A stretch of 63,085 bases of DNA, the filler included, from Hausera hauseri (lineage: Eukaryota), in assembly GCA_046269625.1 (NCBI GenBank). It is 10 parts of 10 records of this genome, joined end to end, with 100 filler letters (N's around TTAATTAATTAA, not from the genome) between each part and the next. Parts side by side here need not be neighbours in the genome. Positions count along the whole stretch, not along the records: positions 12,573 to 17,416 come from JBJURY010416477.1; positions 17,517 to 24,874 come from JBJURY010019453.1; positions 24,975 to 33,524 come from JBJURY010604332.1; 7 more parts are not named here. One strand, written 5' to 3'. Numbering within the stretch: position 1 is the first letter of the stretch; each line of letters starts with the position of its first letter. This document shows positions 12,573 to 25,400 of this stretch, in pieces. A model generated the notes under the pieces. It ran no database searches. It worked only from the letters and a program-made list of their open reading frames with translations, and was not told the DNA's origin. Both the position numbers and the translations under genes were made by a program.

Positions 12573-12927
12573 ACCAATGCTCTCTGATTGGTCCTCTACT
12601 CCTATTGGCTTACTTCCTTCCCCACCATGACGTGTCCTCTTCCCATTCGACAGTTTCACTTCCCCGCGATGACGTGTTCTCCTCATATTGGTTTCCTTCC
12701 TTCCCTGGGGGCGTTGGTGCGAAGTCCTCCCTTCCAACTACTTAAGAAGAGGAAATATGACCAGACAGGGATTACCGCCAGTGCCAAGGGTGGCAAAATT
12801 TTGGAAGTTAAACACAATTTCAATTTAGTCAGCGCAAACATAATTTCTTGTACTGAAAATCGGTTGAAACGAACTTGCCATTGATTCATGTGGCAGTATA
12901 ATCAATTAACGTTAGTTACAGTAAGCG

Positions 12928-13557
12928 ATGGAAAAAATCGACTCAGTGGTTACCAATACGCAAAGTTGAGAATAGAAAAAGAGTAGAAATCAAACAAAAC
13001 TATAGAATCATCGAAAAAAAGGGTTCTACAACATTCGTAGAAACTTCAATGCTAAGTGAACTGGCACCTAAAAGCAGCAACACTGACGATTTGCATAACG
13101 ACAATGATCCGGCTAAATGGTTGATCAACTAAATGACCCATGATTATGTTGTAAAAAACGGCATTAGATAAACTCAGGATATGGACTTTTCAACGTCTAA
13201 AAGAGAATACAACGATGGAGAAATTCGATATTTATCATCCAACATGTTTGAGAGTGTTCTTGCTAACGTGTCTACTCTGAGAGCAAAAATGTGTCTTTTG
13301 TGGCATTTGTCTCCTTTTTCAAAAGATTCTGACAGAAAAACGAAGCTGTGTTCAGATGGTTTCAACGATTGGAAAATTCTTTTTCGCATAGAAATTGTGT
13401 CACAACTTTGAAATTCAGGGAATGTCTTATGGGTCAAATAAATAAGCATTTAAATGAACAAATAGATAAAGAAGCAGCTTATTGGAGAAAAGTTCTTCAT
13501 CGAGTTACAATACCGATGAAAACTCTTGTTTCAAGAGGACTGTGGTGCCCACAATAA
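12928..13557 (+). mobile_element. hAT-family (ZMYM1/TTF zinc finger-like) transposase 5' fragment, degenerate
   Basis: NDPAKW, LYSESKN, GFNDWK, ENSFSHRNC, QIDKEAAYWRKVLHRV..LVSRGL are typical of ZMYM1-like hAT transposase N-termini. Confidence 0.7.
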
Positions 13558-14159
13558 ATACCCCTTCTGATCATCTCATTTTTTGTGTTCTGGAATCTTA
13601 AGATTCATTTATCAGAGTTGCTTGAAAACCTGACTAGACATTTTCAAAAAGACAACGTGAACATAACTCCAACAAAGTTCCTTATTGTGAATTATGTAAG
13701 CCACGGTATCTTAAACTTAATCAAAATGATTGTGCTCTGCATTTAATTTTTCTTCATTTTGATTCTACTGTATTTTATTATTATTGCTGGTCCAAATTAA
13801 CTTTGTTAACAATCAATTTTTTCATCGATTATTTTAGATATTTCAATGATGGATCTTGTAAATTTTTTAGACTATTTGATGTACGTTATATGTATCTTGA
13901 ATTATTACTGAATAGTTGCAATTATGGTTTTATACTAATTCTTCCATTCAAATACAGTTTGCGAGTCGTTACAAAGCTTGTATTATTAGCCATATTTTAT
14001 GATAATCTGGAATATTACAAAAATCGTCCAATTGTTAATTCAAACTGATCTGTCATTGTCTCATATTTCGTGGATCACAATTTCCAATCTAAAAAATAAA
14101 TCGAACCCTTAAGAGCCAATATCTATCAAAAATATTTTAAATCTACGGATATAACATAA

Positions 14160-14940
14160 ACAAAACTATACATATTACCAACTTAAAGCCCTCTTTCTTT
14201 GTCGACGACACCTCACCAGCTGACATGCCAACTTCTTTTCTTACTCCTACACTTCCTGCTATTCCTATATCTATTGCTACATATATTTCAGCTTCCCCTT
14301 CTGCTCCTAACCCTGCTTTATCTTCTACACTTTTTCCTTCTATTCCTACCACTCTTCCTGTCTCTACCACTCCCTGTGTTCCATCTTCCACTTCCACTCT
14401 TTTGTCTAACACAATACTAATCTCTACTTCAACTTTCGTCTCTCCTACTTCACTCGCTACTTTACCTTTGGCCACCCCTTCGTTCTCTAACACTCTCTTC
14501 AAGGCCTTTAACCAACGGTCTGCAAAATCCCTCCTCCTTCTCACTCTTCTTCTCTTTATTCAGACTTATCTTCTCCCGACACAACACCTACACCAAAATC
14601 TAACACCTTTTCCCCCCAACCTCAATCTCTGCAAACAAACACATCGCATAAAGACAAAACACACAGAGTCACATTCAACAAGTATAGCAGGGTAAAATCA
14701 ATAGAAAGTACCCAACGTCTAGTCCAGACTAAGATCAGCTGACACAGACACTTTTCCCTTTTGTGATTTTTCTCTGTCCCTTTTGCCCTTCATAGTTTTT
14801 ACTCTGCCACGGGGGTGATGTGGTGCTCACATCGACCGTCGCCCTCTGGCCCATTTGGTTGGGCACGGCCTGGCGTCCACAACCGCCGTGTCGGGCCTAT
14901 AGGCAGACCCTGATCTCCCTCCCCGAAAGTGTCTCAGATC
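14160..14940 (+). mobile_element. Gypsy (CsRn1-like) 3' end: integrase C-terminal S/T/P-rich tail, PPT and LTR start
   Basis: TIHITNLKPSFF (cf. VYITNVKPAFL at ~45580) runs into ORF 14225-14695; ACGGGGGTGA-TGTGGTGC at 14809-14826 mirrors ACGGGGGTAA-TGTGGTGC at 45997-46014. Confidence 0.65.
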
Positions 14941-17249
14941 TACTATCTCGATAAGCAAACAAAAAATTGTGGAAAGCACCAAATCCAAATAAAGCTTTCA
15001 AGAAACAGAATCATTTCCTAAACGCTATCGAAACTCTGATTAATCGAAAAAGTCTATTCAAGATTATTTAATTCGCTGAAATTCGATTGATATTAGAAAT
15101 ACTTGAAGTAATGGGAGATTTTATCACATTTTCTACTGTGATTCTATGTATCGTCCTTTGACAAAAAATTTAACGGCTGGTCTCGTTGGTCTCAAAATTT
15201 CATCAGACAGTTGCAACCCTTACGAATTCGAAACAATTGCTACACGATTACTGATGGAAAATTTCGGCTGAACTCAGGATTCGACTATGTTAATTTTCAG
15301 TAATACGTTTACCTGTAGTGAATTATGTTCGATTGGCATTTTTATTCTACTGACGTATTTGAGAGAAATTTAAAGAAAACGTGCCATCAGAAAATCATGG
15401 ATTCGGGAGTTCTTTCCTATTAACTTTTGCTTAAAAAATGCTATTAGCTCAAAAAAAAAATTTAACTTTGTAGCAAGCATTTTGGAATCTCATTCATTTT
15501 CAGAATATTTTCTCATTTTTCTGTCTGAAAAACATTTATTGATCCGTATATTTCTGCATCCTTGGTGATAATTGCTGCGAATTTACTATACAGCTTCATT
15601 TTTCCCAAAGTCAGGTAAGCTCAATTCTGGTTTTGTCACGAGAAGAGTTTCATTGCAAAAGCAAAACTGAATATGCCGAATTGAAATCGAAATTGGAAAG
15701 GCATTATCCATTATATTTTATTCACGAAAATCGCTTTGCTGATTGATTGAAGAAATATAAGTTTTGCTCAATGATTCTATATTTGAACGTTTTGCAATTT
15801 AGCATATTTTAATGCGTTTCATGTCGCAATTCGTATTTAAAATTCAAACTCAGTTCAGTTCCTTTTTATCATCATCAAAATTTGACTTTTGCTGAAATTT
15901 ACATTAGCACCAGTACCTTCGCTGCTATTTGCGCAATAACTATTTTTGTAAATATGCGTCCGTTACTTATGTTGGGTCTTACCAAGATTTGTTGCATTAT
16001 TACTTTTGTTAAAACCTGTTACTTTGGTGGCTATATTTATAAATTATATCAATCCGATATTGTAGCACTCCGCACGATAGTTATGTCCTGTTGGAGTTAT
16101 TTATACATCTTTGATATATTGCTGTAGTTCCACTTCCGTTCTTCGAGCTTATAATTCTGGAAAATAATTCGCAATAATGGCAACAGAAAATTCCAGAGGT
16201 CCTGCACATCGCTTGTGAGCAGAGGATAGGATTTTCCAAGTACAACGGAACTTTTCCTGATCCATGTCAGTATGTGGTTATTGTGCTTCACCCTCTGTGA
16301 TCTTCACTTTGGAATTCGTTTGTGCATCATGTTATTTTCTTTTTTTTAATGTTGCTTCTGATCATTTATTGTTGCCGGAATTCTCTCGATTTTCGCGACT
16401 ACTCAGATTTCGTACAGACCTTGTATTGAATATATTGTTTATGTTATATGAGTTCGGTATGGTCCGAGTTTATGTGTGTCTATTGGGGTTTGTGTTGGCT
16501 GTTCAGGTGTGTTATAAATTGGAACGAGTGTGGTAGCTTTTCTCAAAAAAGGCCTGCAAGCAGGTCAACAATGGAACATTCTTTTAATGTGTTTGCGTGT
16601 ATATTAGTACTCTGCTTAATCATCTCCTGTGATAAACCAATTTTTATGTACATGAAAATTCTAGTACTCTAGTTGCGACGATTGCTTCAAGATGTATCAA
16701 TAAGAATGTCTCCTTGTTATTGCAAGCTGTTTTCTTTCAATACGTCAAACAGACCCTTAATATCCATCTTCACTGAAGCATGATTCACGTATCTATAAAA
16801 GTTTTTATTTATAAAACGTTTGTTTCTGAATATTTTGATGATATACCAAAATATGATTGAAAAAGACAAACAACTCATATTGTTGGTGCATCTTTAGAAC
16901 ATTTAGATGTTTTAAATTCTCTATTTTTGGATGAGATTTCATTTATTTCCTTTTTGTGTCCGTGTAAAAAATTGTAACTCAGAAAAAAAATTCTTTAAAA
17001 AAAGTTTTTCCGCGTTTTCAATTTAAATAGTACTGACCATATTGAATCTCATCGTCTGATTTTATTGAGATTTTTGAAAGTTTTGTTTTGCGATTTTTGA
17101 ATTTGATTAATTCCGAATTTTAAATATTGTCGGATCTTATTTGTTCAGCTCATCTGCTACAAGCTAATTTGCACAAGTATTGGAAATTTGGACATATTGA
17201 TCGGAGCCAGATTACCTGCGGAACTCGCCTGCACAATGAAAGTTAAGAA

Positions 17250-17416
17250 CAATAAAAGGCATTCAAGAGAGTGTTAGAAGACGAAGGAACGATAAAAGGT
17301 GTAGTGGCGGTGAAGAAAGAGAGATGAATAGTGGAGCAGAAGTTGGAATTGTATAAGGCGAAAGAGTGGAAGTGGAAGGTGAAACAGAGGTAGTGGTAGA
17401 GAGAGGCAAAGAGATG
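17250..17416 (-). repeat. Diverged inverted copy of the 14350-14510 integrase-tail sequence
   Basis: AAGAGAGTGTTAGA and AAAGAGTGGAAGTGGAAG..GTGGTAGAGA shared with the reverse complement of 14350-14510. Confidence 0.75.
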
Positions 17417-17516
17417 NNNNNNNNNNNNNNNNNNNNNNNNNNNNNNNNNNNNNNNNNNNNTTAATTAATTAANNNNNNNNNNNNNNNNNNNNNNNNNNNN
17501 NNNNNNNNNNNNNNNN
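17417..17516. other. Artificial contig spacer
   Basis: 44 N + TTAATTAATTAA + 44 N. Confidence 0.99.
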
Positions 17517-17879
17517 AATTTGTAATAAGGCCATGACCGAAACATTGAAGGAACTTTAACATCCGATATGTGAAAACAGCCTACTACAACCCTAGAGCCA
17601 ATAGATAACTTGTTGAAACAGAAAGAGAAAGTACCACGGAGACGAATTACATTTTATACTGGTGATGTTAAATCATTACTATAGAAAAAAATTAGATTAC
17701 AAATTTACATATATACCAGCCAGAGCATCTATGTGTCGTGTGTTAAATGTCCAGTGGTGTTGTTGAGACTTTGTTGGATTATAACTGTCTTTTAATGTAG
17801 AAAGTATGATAACGAGTTCCTATGTCGTGTGTATGTATATATTGATGATTTGTGTTGTTGTATCAATATATTTGTCCTT

Positions 17880-18718
17880 CAAACTATACGAAAGTTGTTT
17901 AGATGTTACAAACTTGATGGAATTGCTTCTATTGTATATTTGCTGTCTGGTCTATTTGTAATGCAAAACTAAGCAGATCAGTGTGTTCTAAATCCCTAAT
18001 CAAAAGTCCTTCCTATTGTTTATGAGTTTAGATTTATCTAAAAATACAGACGTTATTTGAAGAAGCATGGAAAAAACAAATCTCCCCTGTCTTCTTGTGC
18101 CTAAGTATAAAATGATGACTATAGTTCATCTTGAAGCGTTTTGTTTTACTTTTGAAAGTATTGTTTATAAGATAGCTCCAGTTTAGGATGTGTTGTATGT
18201 GATCTGTGAAAAGATATGTGTGTTGACAAGTATGTGCTAATATTACAGTGCGTTTCAATTGTTTGGACAATTATCTTTATACAATTTATATAATTCTTCT
18301 GGTAATGTACCCAAAGTGTCATAAGTAACTTTCTGCTACCTTACAATCAGTTGAGGGACCAGATTTGTCTCGTTTAGGCTCAACAAAGATAGTAGGTCTC
18401 TCTTTGAGCAAGTTTATGTTTCTTGGTCTCAGAAGGAATAGCTCTCTCTCTCTTAACAACCAATTTCGATTGCACCCCATCGGCCGAAGTAGAGGGGTTC
18501 TCCTCAGAGAGACCAGTACGCTTGAGAGAGGCTCTATGATCATTCTGGACATGTATTTTTAATTTATTTACTCTTGTAAAATTCCGGCCACACACATCAC
18601 ATGGATGCCCTGGCTGGTATGTATATTTTCCCATGTGCAGATTCAAAGTGGCGACGAACATCACCAACACTGGTAAAACTTCGGTCGCATTCATCACAAG
18701 TGTGTCTTTTTCGGTCAT
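17880..18718 (-). pseudogene. Two-C2H2 zinc finger protein with a domain resembling the one upstream of Polinton-type PolB
   Basis: CDECDRSFTSVGDVRRHFESAH and CDVCGRNFTRVNKLKIHVQNDH, then FKMNYSHHFILRHKKTGE..FFHASSNN and RPDSK; frameshifted. Confidence 0.6.
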
Positions 18719-19344
18719 TTAAAGGCATCTGTGGAATGTAAAATAAATCCCCACATAAATATACTTTTTCACTAAATCAATGCATACATACTTTTCCTTA
18801 GTCGAACTAACACTAAATAGACATATTCTTTTGTAACTAAACTAACAACATTTTTAACAGCCTATTTTTCATTACACTCAAGAGATAAATAATAATGGAT
18901 AACAAATATTCAGTGGTTAATTGAATATTCAAAAGGAATTAATTAGACGGACATGGTGAGATAATAGTGGGCAACAAATGTTCAGTTACATGCAAATGAC
19001 GTCATATAGGAAATAATTAGGCAGGAAAGCTGAAATAATAATAGATAACAAGTGTTCAGTGTTTAATTGATGAGTCTGATGTTCAGTGGTGTAGTGACAA
19101 ACAAACCTTATAGGAAGTATATTTAACTTGTTAGGACATTCTTCCTTAGTTGTACTGTTATTACAAAGAATATTTCGCCCAGGAAACTTTTCTGACCTGG
19201 GTAGTTAGATAGTCATGAATAGGTCTTCAGTTTTAATTATTTTTTTGTGTTAAAGTAACTATGGTTTTTACAGCGACATTGTTTTCGCAACTTTTTGAAT
19301 GGTAATATTTTTTTAGACAAGTCCAACTTTCCCATTCCACAAGT

Positions 19345-19770
19345 ACGTTATAAAAATTTTCAATGCGAAAACTTTTCATCAACAACTTTTCATGGTTGCG
19401 CATTTTCATGGCGAGAACTTTTAATGTCAGCAGCTTTTGATACTGGCAACTTTTGAGTTAAGAAATAATTGTCAGCGCTGTTTCATTTTGGCAATTTTTC
19501 TTGTTGGCATTTTTTCTTATTGGTAAATTTTATGGCTGGCAAATTTTTATATCGATAACTTTTCATGTCGGCAACTTTTCATGTTGGCAACATTTCATGG
19601 TGGTCAATTTTTCATGTCAACAATGTTTTTATGTCGGCGATTTTTTCATGGCGGTAATTTTTCATGGTGGCAGTTATTCATGTCAGCAGCTTTTTGTATT
19701 GGCAACTTTTTTGTATTGACAAACTTTTATGTTGGCAAATATTTTATGTAGGTAACTTTTTATGTTGAAT
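19345..19770 (+). repeat. Degenerate ~20-bp minisatellite (consensus about TTTTCATGTTGGCAACTT)
   Basis: Repeated TTTTCATG..GGCAA units. Confidence 0.8.
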
Positions 19771-20589
19771 GTTGACTTAAAGCTCTCCTAGCTCACATTA
19801 ACTAGGCCTAGTTATAATGTACATTATAATGTACAAACCTTGTTGTATTTCATACGAAGTCTGTCACAGTGTTGTTCAGAAAGCAAAGGCAGGGAGAGAT
19901 TAATCTTCGGGCATATTTATATTATAAGTCTATTTTTGCCCATTTAAAGCACAACAGCTGGAGACATCTGTTGCTAGAGAAAGACACCGGCGAGTAATTG
20001 CTATTTTTTATCTGTAGGGGAAACCTGATCAGTAATGTAGATAATTACATTTTTTTTGCATGAAAAGCAGAGGTATTTCTTTAGAAATTCAAATGAGAAG
20101 GGTAAAAAAACATGATCGATAACAGAATAAGTCAATAGGTGTGAAATTAAACTTTTCAGGTTTAATATCCAAATCGATAACACAACCAAGAAAATAAGTA
20201 ACTCTTTTCCAAGGCAAAGTTATTATGTGTTCGAATATCTTTAATTCTTGTGTGTTTGTGAAAATTCCCTCTTGTTGCATGTGTGTTATGTTTAACTGAT
20301 TTTTAACTTATTTTTGCATCTGGTGCTGAGACAAAGTTATTTTGAACTTGAACTTTTAAACTGTTTACTTTACATTGAAAGCAATTCATGAGTTGACTAA
20401 TCCTGATAATGTAAATGTTATGATTGACCTCCATTCCATTTTTTTTTTAAATTTCCAACTAACGAGTTTACAACCTTCAGTTGTGTGTTTGTAACACATA
20501 AATAGGCAAAATTCCAATAAACAATACATACCAAAGGTGAGGTAGGAACACAAAAGTAGGGTAGGGTAAGTCTCACGTAAGGAAAATGA

Positions 20590-20632
20590 AAAAGACAAGC
20601 TACGTTGCGACCACTAGGTCTTCATCAGGAAC
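20590..20632 (-). ncRNA. Degenerate minimal hammerhead-ribozyme-like motif (Penelope-type)
   Basis: Minus strand CTGATGA-A-GACC-TAGT-GGTC-GCAAC-GTAGCTT-GTC; GAAA core reads GCAA and stem I is not evident. Confidence 0.35.
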
Positions 20633-21294
20633 ACATAAAACACAACACAAAGATAAATGAGACTACAAAAACCAAGACTACATGATGAAATAACTGAATA
20701 AACTATGAAAATAAAAATAAAACTTAGCCAATGTGTCCAGCGTCGAACTGGAGAATGAAGACGCGTGACCTAATGTGTAAAGGGTCCTCTTATCGTTAGT
20801 TACAGTAAATTTCCTAGAGGTCTTATTTGAATCAGAGGTTTAGCATATATCTATATCTATTATTTGTTGTAATTCTTTATTGAGTCGTATACTTGGAGTG
20901 ATGTTTTTAACTCTCTATCAGGAAACCAACTCATCCTTGTCCATAGCCGTTAAAATCAAGAAAAAGATCACATGACCAAGGTCAAATACCAAAAGGTTAA
21001 AGGGAACAAATAAATAGAAACTAAAAATTTGCAAAATAATGGGGTATATAAAAGAGAAAAAGGCCAACATTTTTAAAAAGCCAAAGGAAAAAGGAAAAAG
21101 AAACAAAAAATTTCAGAAAAATTGAGCAAAGAAAAAACCCAAAGCTGTGAAAACAGCAGACGGAAAAAATAAATATAAATGTGAAATTTCAGAAAAATGG
21201 AACATAAAAAGGAGGGAAAAAAAGACCAAATTTGTGAAAACTGTAAGCAATAAAGTAAATAGAAATGGAAATTTCCAAAATAACATACACAGCA

Positions 21295-21840
21295 TACACA
21301 TATTTTTACAGATCAGATACAACACACCCTACAGACTGGAGCTGTCTTTTAAACAATATTTTCAAAAGTTAAATAAGACGCTTCAATATAAACTATAGTC
21401 ATCAATCTATCCTTAGGCACAAGAAGACAGGGGAGCTTCGTTTTTCCCATGCGTCTTCAAATAACGTCTGTATTTTAGATAAATCTAAACTCATAAACAA
21501 TAGGAAGGACTTTACATACAGAGTTTGTTAGGGATTTAGAACACACTGATCCGCTTAGTTTTTGCATTACATAATAGACCAGACAGCAAGTATACAATTG
21601 AAGCACTTCCATCATTAAGTTTTACATCTTTCCTACAGTTTGAAGGGGAAATATACAGATAAAACAATAAAAATCATCAATATATACATACACACGACAT
21701 TAATAACAATTATCTTTGTTATCTTACTTTTTATATTAAAAGACAGTTCCAATCCAACAAAGTCTCAACACCACTCGACATTTAAACACACGACACATAG
21801 ATGCCCTGGCTGGTATGTATATTATGTAAATTTGTAAGAT
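21295..21840 (+). repeat. Diverged inverted copy of 17690-18225
   Basis: e.g. TTAGGCACAAGAAGACAGGGGAG, TTCAAATAACGTCTGTATTTT and ATCCAACAAAGTCTCAACA are reverse complements of the 17.7-18.1 kb sequence. Confidence 0.85.
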
Positions 21841-22309
21841 AGTTATTTCTGTGAAAATGTGTAACCTAAGAAATATGAATAAAATGACTATGATGTAATA
21901 ATTCAACTTATATAAAAAGTATGTTATTTTTGGGTATGTCACTACGTGGTTTTTTTTTAAATATGTCACTACATTTAACTACATTACCGCTACTATCTCA
22001 ATATACGCCCGCGTTCACACCAGCAGTCCTATCAACTACTGTTAACTACAGCGACTAGATTCAAACCAAAGTTGTCTGTCCTTACAACCCGCCCTATGAC
22101 GTCATTCTATCCCCCTCACAACACGAGATCTCCCTATACCATCTGTATCTCGCTACACACAGGCTTATCTTATGATTGCAAGAAAGTACAGCAATCCCCT
22201 CTGAAGACCAGCTTCCTAGAGACATGCTTCATCATTCTAAATACCCAACACACGCCCCAAACTTATTTTACTATTAGCTACACCTTATTATGAGACCATT
22301 TGTTAGGTC

Positions 22310-23490
22310 ACATCCCCGGCACCTGCCTATTTTTCCTCTATGGTTTATACATTTGTCACTATACAGGTCTCTGACTTTGTTCCCATGTCCGTAGGCCCGT
22401 AAACCCCCAGCCCCATTAACACCAGCGTTCTGATTGATTGTATGCCTCTGACAACCACTGCCCTGATAGTATGCCCCTGACAATCAATTCCAGCCTCAGT
22501 AGCCCACCGTCAGTCCCCTGACTTATTTGTCTTGTCAAACGATATATCCTAGGTATTAACGATAATGATAATCGCCACTCAGATGCTATAGGGGTAGCCC
22601 CCGCCTGCCGTTTAGAGTACATAAGAAGAAGACCTAACCATCCTCGATCCCCCGATACCTAAATAATGGCTTATACATTTGTTACTAGAAGGCCTCATGA
22701 CGACTTCTACCAGGGCACATTGTTTGTTTGGCATACGGACAGGTCCACCTCGCGAGTCGCGGTCTCCTTCCCGAAGCACGGGTACTAGGCAAGTCACGAG
22801 ACTTATCTAATGGGGTCCATTCCCATGCGTTGCACAGCCGTTTTGAGTGCACCCTTTGACTGAGGTTCCACATTTTCATCTTCACCCTTAGTGTCTAAGG
22901 TCCTGTGCAGCCATCTTCGGCACAGTCTAGGCTTTGCTGTCTGAGCCATCGCCTGAACCTTGGCTTTCAGGGATTGGATCAGCCAGTGAAATGACCGGGG
23001 ACACCTCCCCCTGCCCGAGTGCAGGAAGAGGCAGCAGTGCCATGTCGGTTCCTAACAAAGAGCACCATGAGCCCCGGCGGACTGCGTGAAGGTAGGGCAC
23101 ATGATATTGATGACTAATATCTACGCTCAATATGCCGAAGAAGAAGCAGAACCATACGCCCTTGGTCCCCCGACGTCTACATAATTGCTTATATGACATA
23201 CCTTTGTCACTATACGACCTCATGACGACCTCTATCAGGGAACAGAATGATGATGACTAATACTATGCTCGAATACGATGACGAGGAAGAAGAAGATCTA
23301 ACCCACCACCGATTCCTCGACATCTAAATACTTCCCTATATGACTTTTGTCACTACAGTGGTCATATGTCCTCCTCTACCAGAGCACATGATGATGAAAA
23401 GAAGAAACACACCCCTATCCCCAAACGCCTAATTATTTTTTTCCATATAACTTATGACTACACGGACCCTTTGACTATATGCCCCTTGCC
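22310..23490 (+). repeat. About five diverged copies of an ~80-150 bp unit
   Basis: Recurrent CCCCGA..CTAAATA..CTTATA..TTTGTCACTATA..CTCATGACGAC..CTACCAGGGCACAT near 22310, 22640, 23165, 23315 and 23420. Confidence 0.6.
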
Positions 23491-23729
23491 CACAAACCTC
23501 TGTGACCCCAGCCCTTCTGACATAACAACATAAGCACCCACTCCTTACATAACAACTATTGCGCCAGCCTTGCGCCAGGTTTTTTTCTTCTTTGCGATAT
23601 AGACGCCTGCAAAAGCCTGCAGTCAAATGATAATCGTTTCCTCGTTACTATGCTACTATCGCATCACCCCATGTTTGTGCATTCTGGAGAGAGACACAGA
23701 TTCTGAATCTCTGAAGTAGAGATAAAGAA

Positions 23730-23960
23730 ATGTCCCTTCCGGGCGATCTCGCGAAGTGCATTAAAGATGTCAGCTCGGTCCATGGCTCTGCCACTCATAA
23801 CAGTAGCAGTACTCGCGATGTTGTCTACTCGTTCGTTTCCTTTGGCTCCTGCGTGGCCGGGAACAAAAATGATAGTGACTCTTTTCAGCACTGTGTGAAA
23901 GCTTTCATAAATAATCTTGTAAAGCCAACTAGTCAGGGATGACAGCTGACATGATTCCCG
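23730..23960 (-). mobile_element. RNase HI-like domain of a non-LTR retrotransposon, fragment
   Basis: VTIIFVPGHAGAKGNERVDNIA (VPGHxGxxGNExAD motif). Confidence 0.75.
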
Positions 23961-24289
23961 AAAAATTAACGCACGACACACTGATATGAAAGTTCTCACT
24001 CCCAGGTAATGTTCGCCAACTGGAATGACAGCTCAGATGTGGGTAACGCACGACGTTTCGGGATGTTAGATCTCAAATAGCCCGAGTACACAATTATGGG
24101 TTGACAGTACAGATGATGCTCAAGATTCTGCGATGACTGATGTCATAATACACACTCCAGAACGATAGTTCTCACAATTCGCAGTTCATGCTGAATACAC
24201 GGTGACAAAAGTGATATTGGTGTACTACATGACATTCTCTCAAGTTGCCCGAATGAACAACAACAGGAGTAATTTTGCTATACCACCGC

Positions 24290-24874
24290 CATTCTGGGAT
24301 GGCAGTGCCGGTGATTCAAGAGTAAAGTAGTAGAATCCTTTGTACTCGCCTAAGAAGGCGTATAGGTAAATGTGGAGTTAGTGTCCACAGAAATACTGTT
24401 GGTTCTTCTGGTTTTAATAAGGTTCAGATATGTCGTCCGGTCTAACGTCCTGGATTTTCGATTAAAGGCATAGTGTAACTAACATTAGCCATTATGTCGT
24501 TCAATGCCCGATAATCTACACAGAATCGGTGGCTTCCGTATTTATTTGAAACTATTACCACGGGTAACGACCATTCTGATCTTCTGCTCTCGATTATGCC
24601 AGCTTGCAGCATTTCATCAAGTGTTTTTTCGACAATTTCTCTGTTCCCTAACGGCGTCTTGCATGGCTTTAAACTTACAGGAGAGTAATCCTTATAGTGA
24701 GTGTGTTTTGCCAAGCATCCTCATGTTTCATCACAAACGTCTCAATCCTCTCTCTATGTACTGGATCTGCTTTTACGTGACTTACTTCTGCTTTCACTTT
24801 TTCGCCACAGACCTTCTCTTATTTCTTTCGACACTTTATCCCTATGTATTCTCATTTGTCATATCGCTTCTGCT
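24290..24874 (-). mobile_element. pol: Gypsy reverse transcriptase N-terminal fragment
   Basis: EMLQAGIIE..SEWSLPVVIV..GSHRFCVDYRALN..YTMPLIE. Confidence 0.88.
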
Positions 24875-24974
24875 NNNNNNNNNNNNNNNNNNNNNNNNNN
24901 NNNNNNNNNNNNNNNNNNTTAATTAATTAANNNNNNNNNNNNNNNNNNNNNNNNNNNNNNNNNNNNNNNNNNNN
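24875..24974. other. Artificial contig spacer
   Basis: 44 N + TTAATTAATTAA + 44 N. Confidence 0.99.
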
Positions 24975-25400
24975 GATAACAGACGATTAAATGATAATAA
25001 CCGAAATCGAGGTTTCGATAATAGAAACGCCCATAATAGAAATCAAAGAAATGATAAAAATTTTAATAATCGAAGCACATACAACTCGTATAATAAACCG
25101 AATTACAGTTCAGATAGAAACCAAAGTGGTTACCGACCTAACGTTAAATACACTGATAATCGAAGTAACGAAATTCGATATGACGGAGATTATAGACAAA
25201 TGTTACAGGGTCAAAGTAAGAATACAAACAGAGCGAAATCGCCCGTGAATGAGGACGGCAGACAAAGGATTTGTCGGAATGGAAATTTAATTTGCTTTAC
25301 ATGCGGAAAAGAAGCTCATATTGCTAGGTCATACCCAAATCCTAGAAGTGTCACATTTACTGAACCAAACAAAACACGTATGATTAAAAATAACTTAGAA
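24975..25400 (+). pseudogene. gag: gag nucleocapsid region: N/R-rich stretch and zinc knuckle
   Basis: GNLICFTCGKEAHIARSYP (CCHC knuckle, last Cys mutated). Confidence 0.8.

Noticed and set aside
14143-14544. Minus-strand Glu/Val/Gly-rich ORF
   Set aside because: Antisense shadow of the plus-strand S/T/P-rich integrase tail
14950-17240. Possible multi-exon host gene in AT-rich DNA
   Set aside because: No recognisable domain or convincing exon chain by eye
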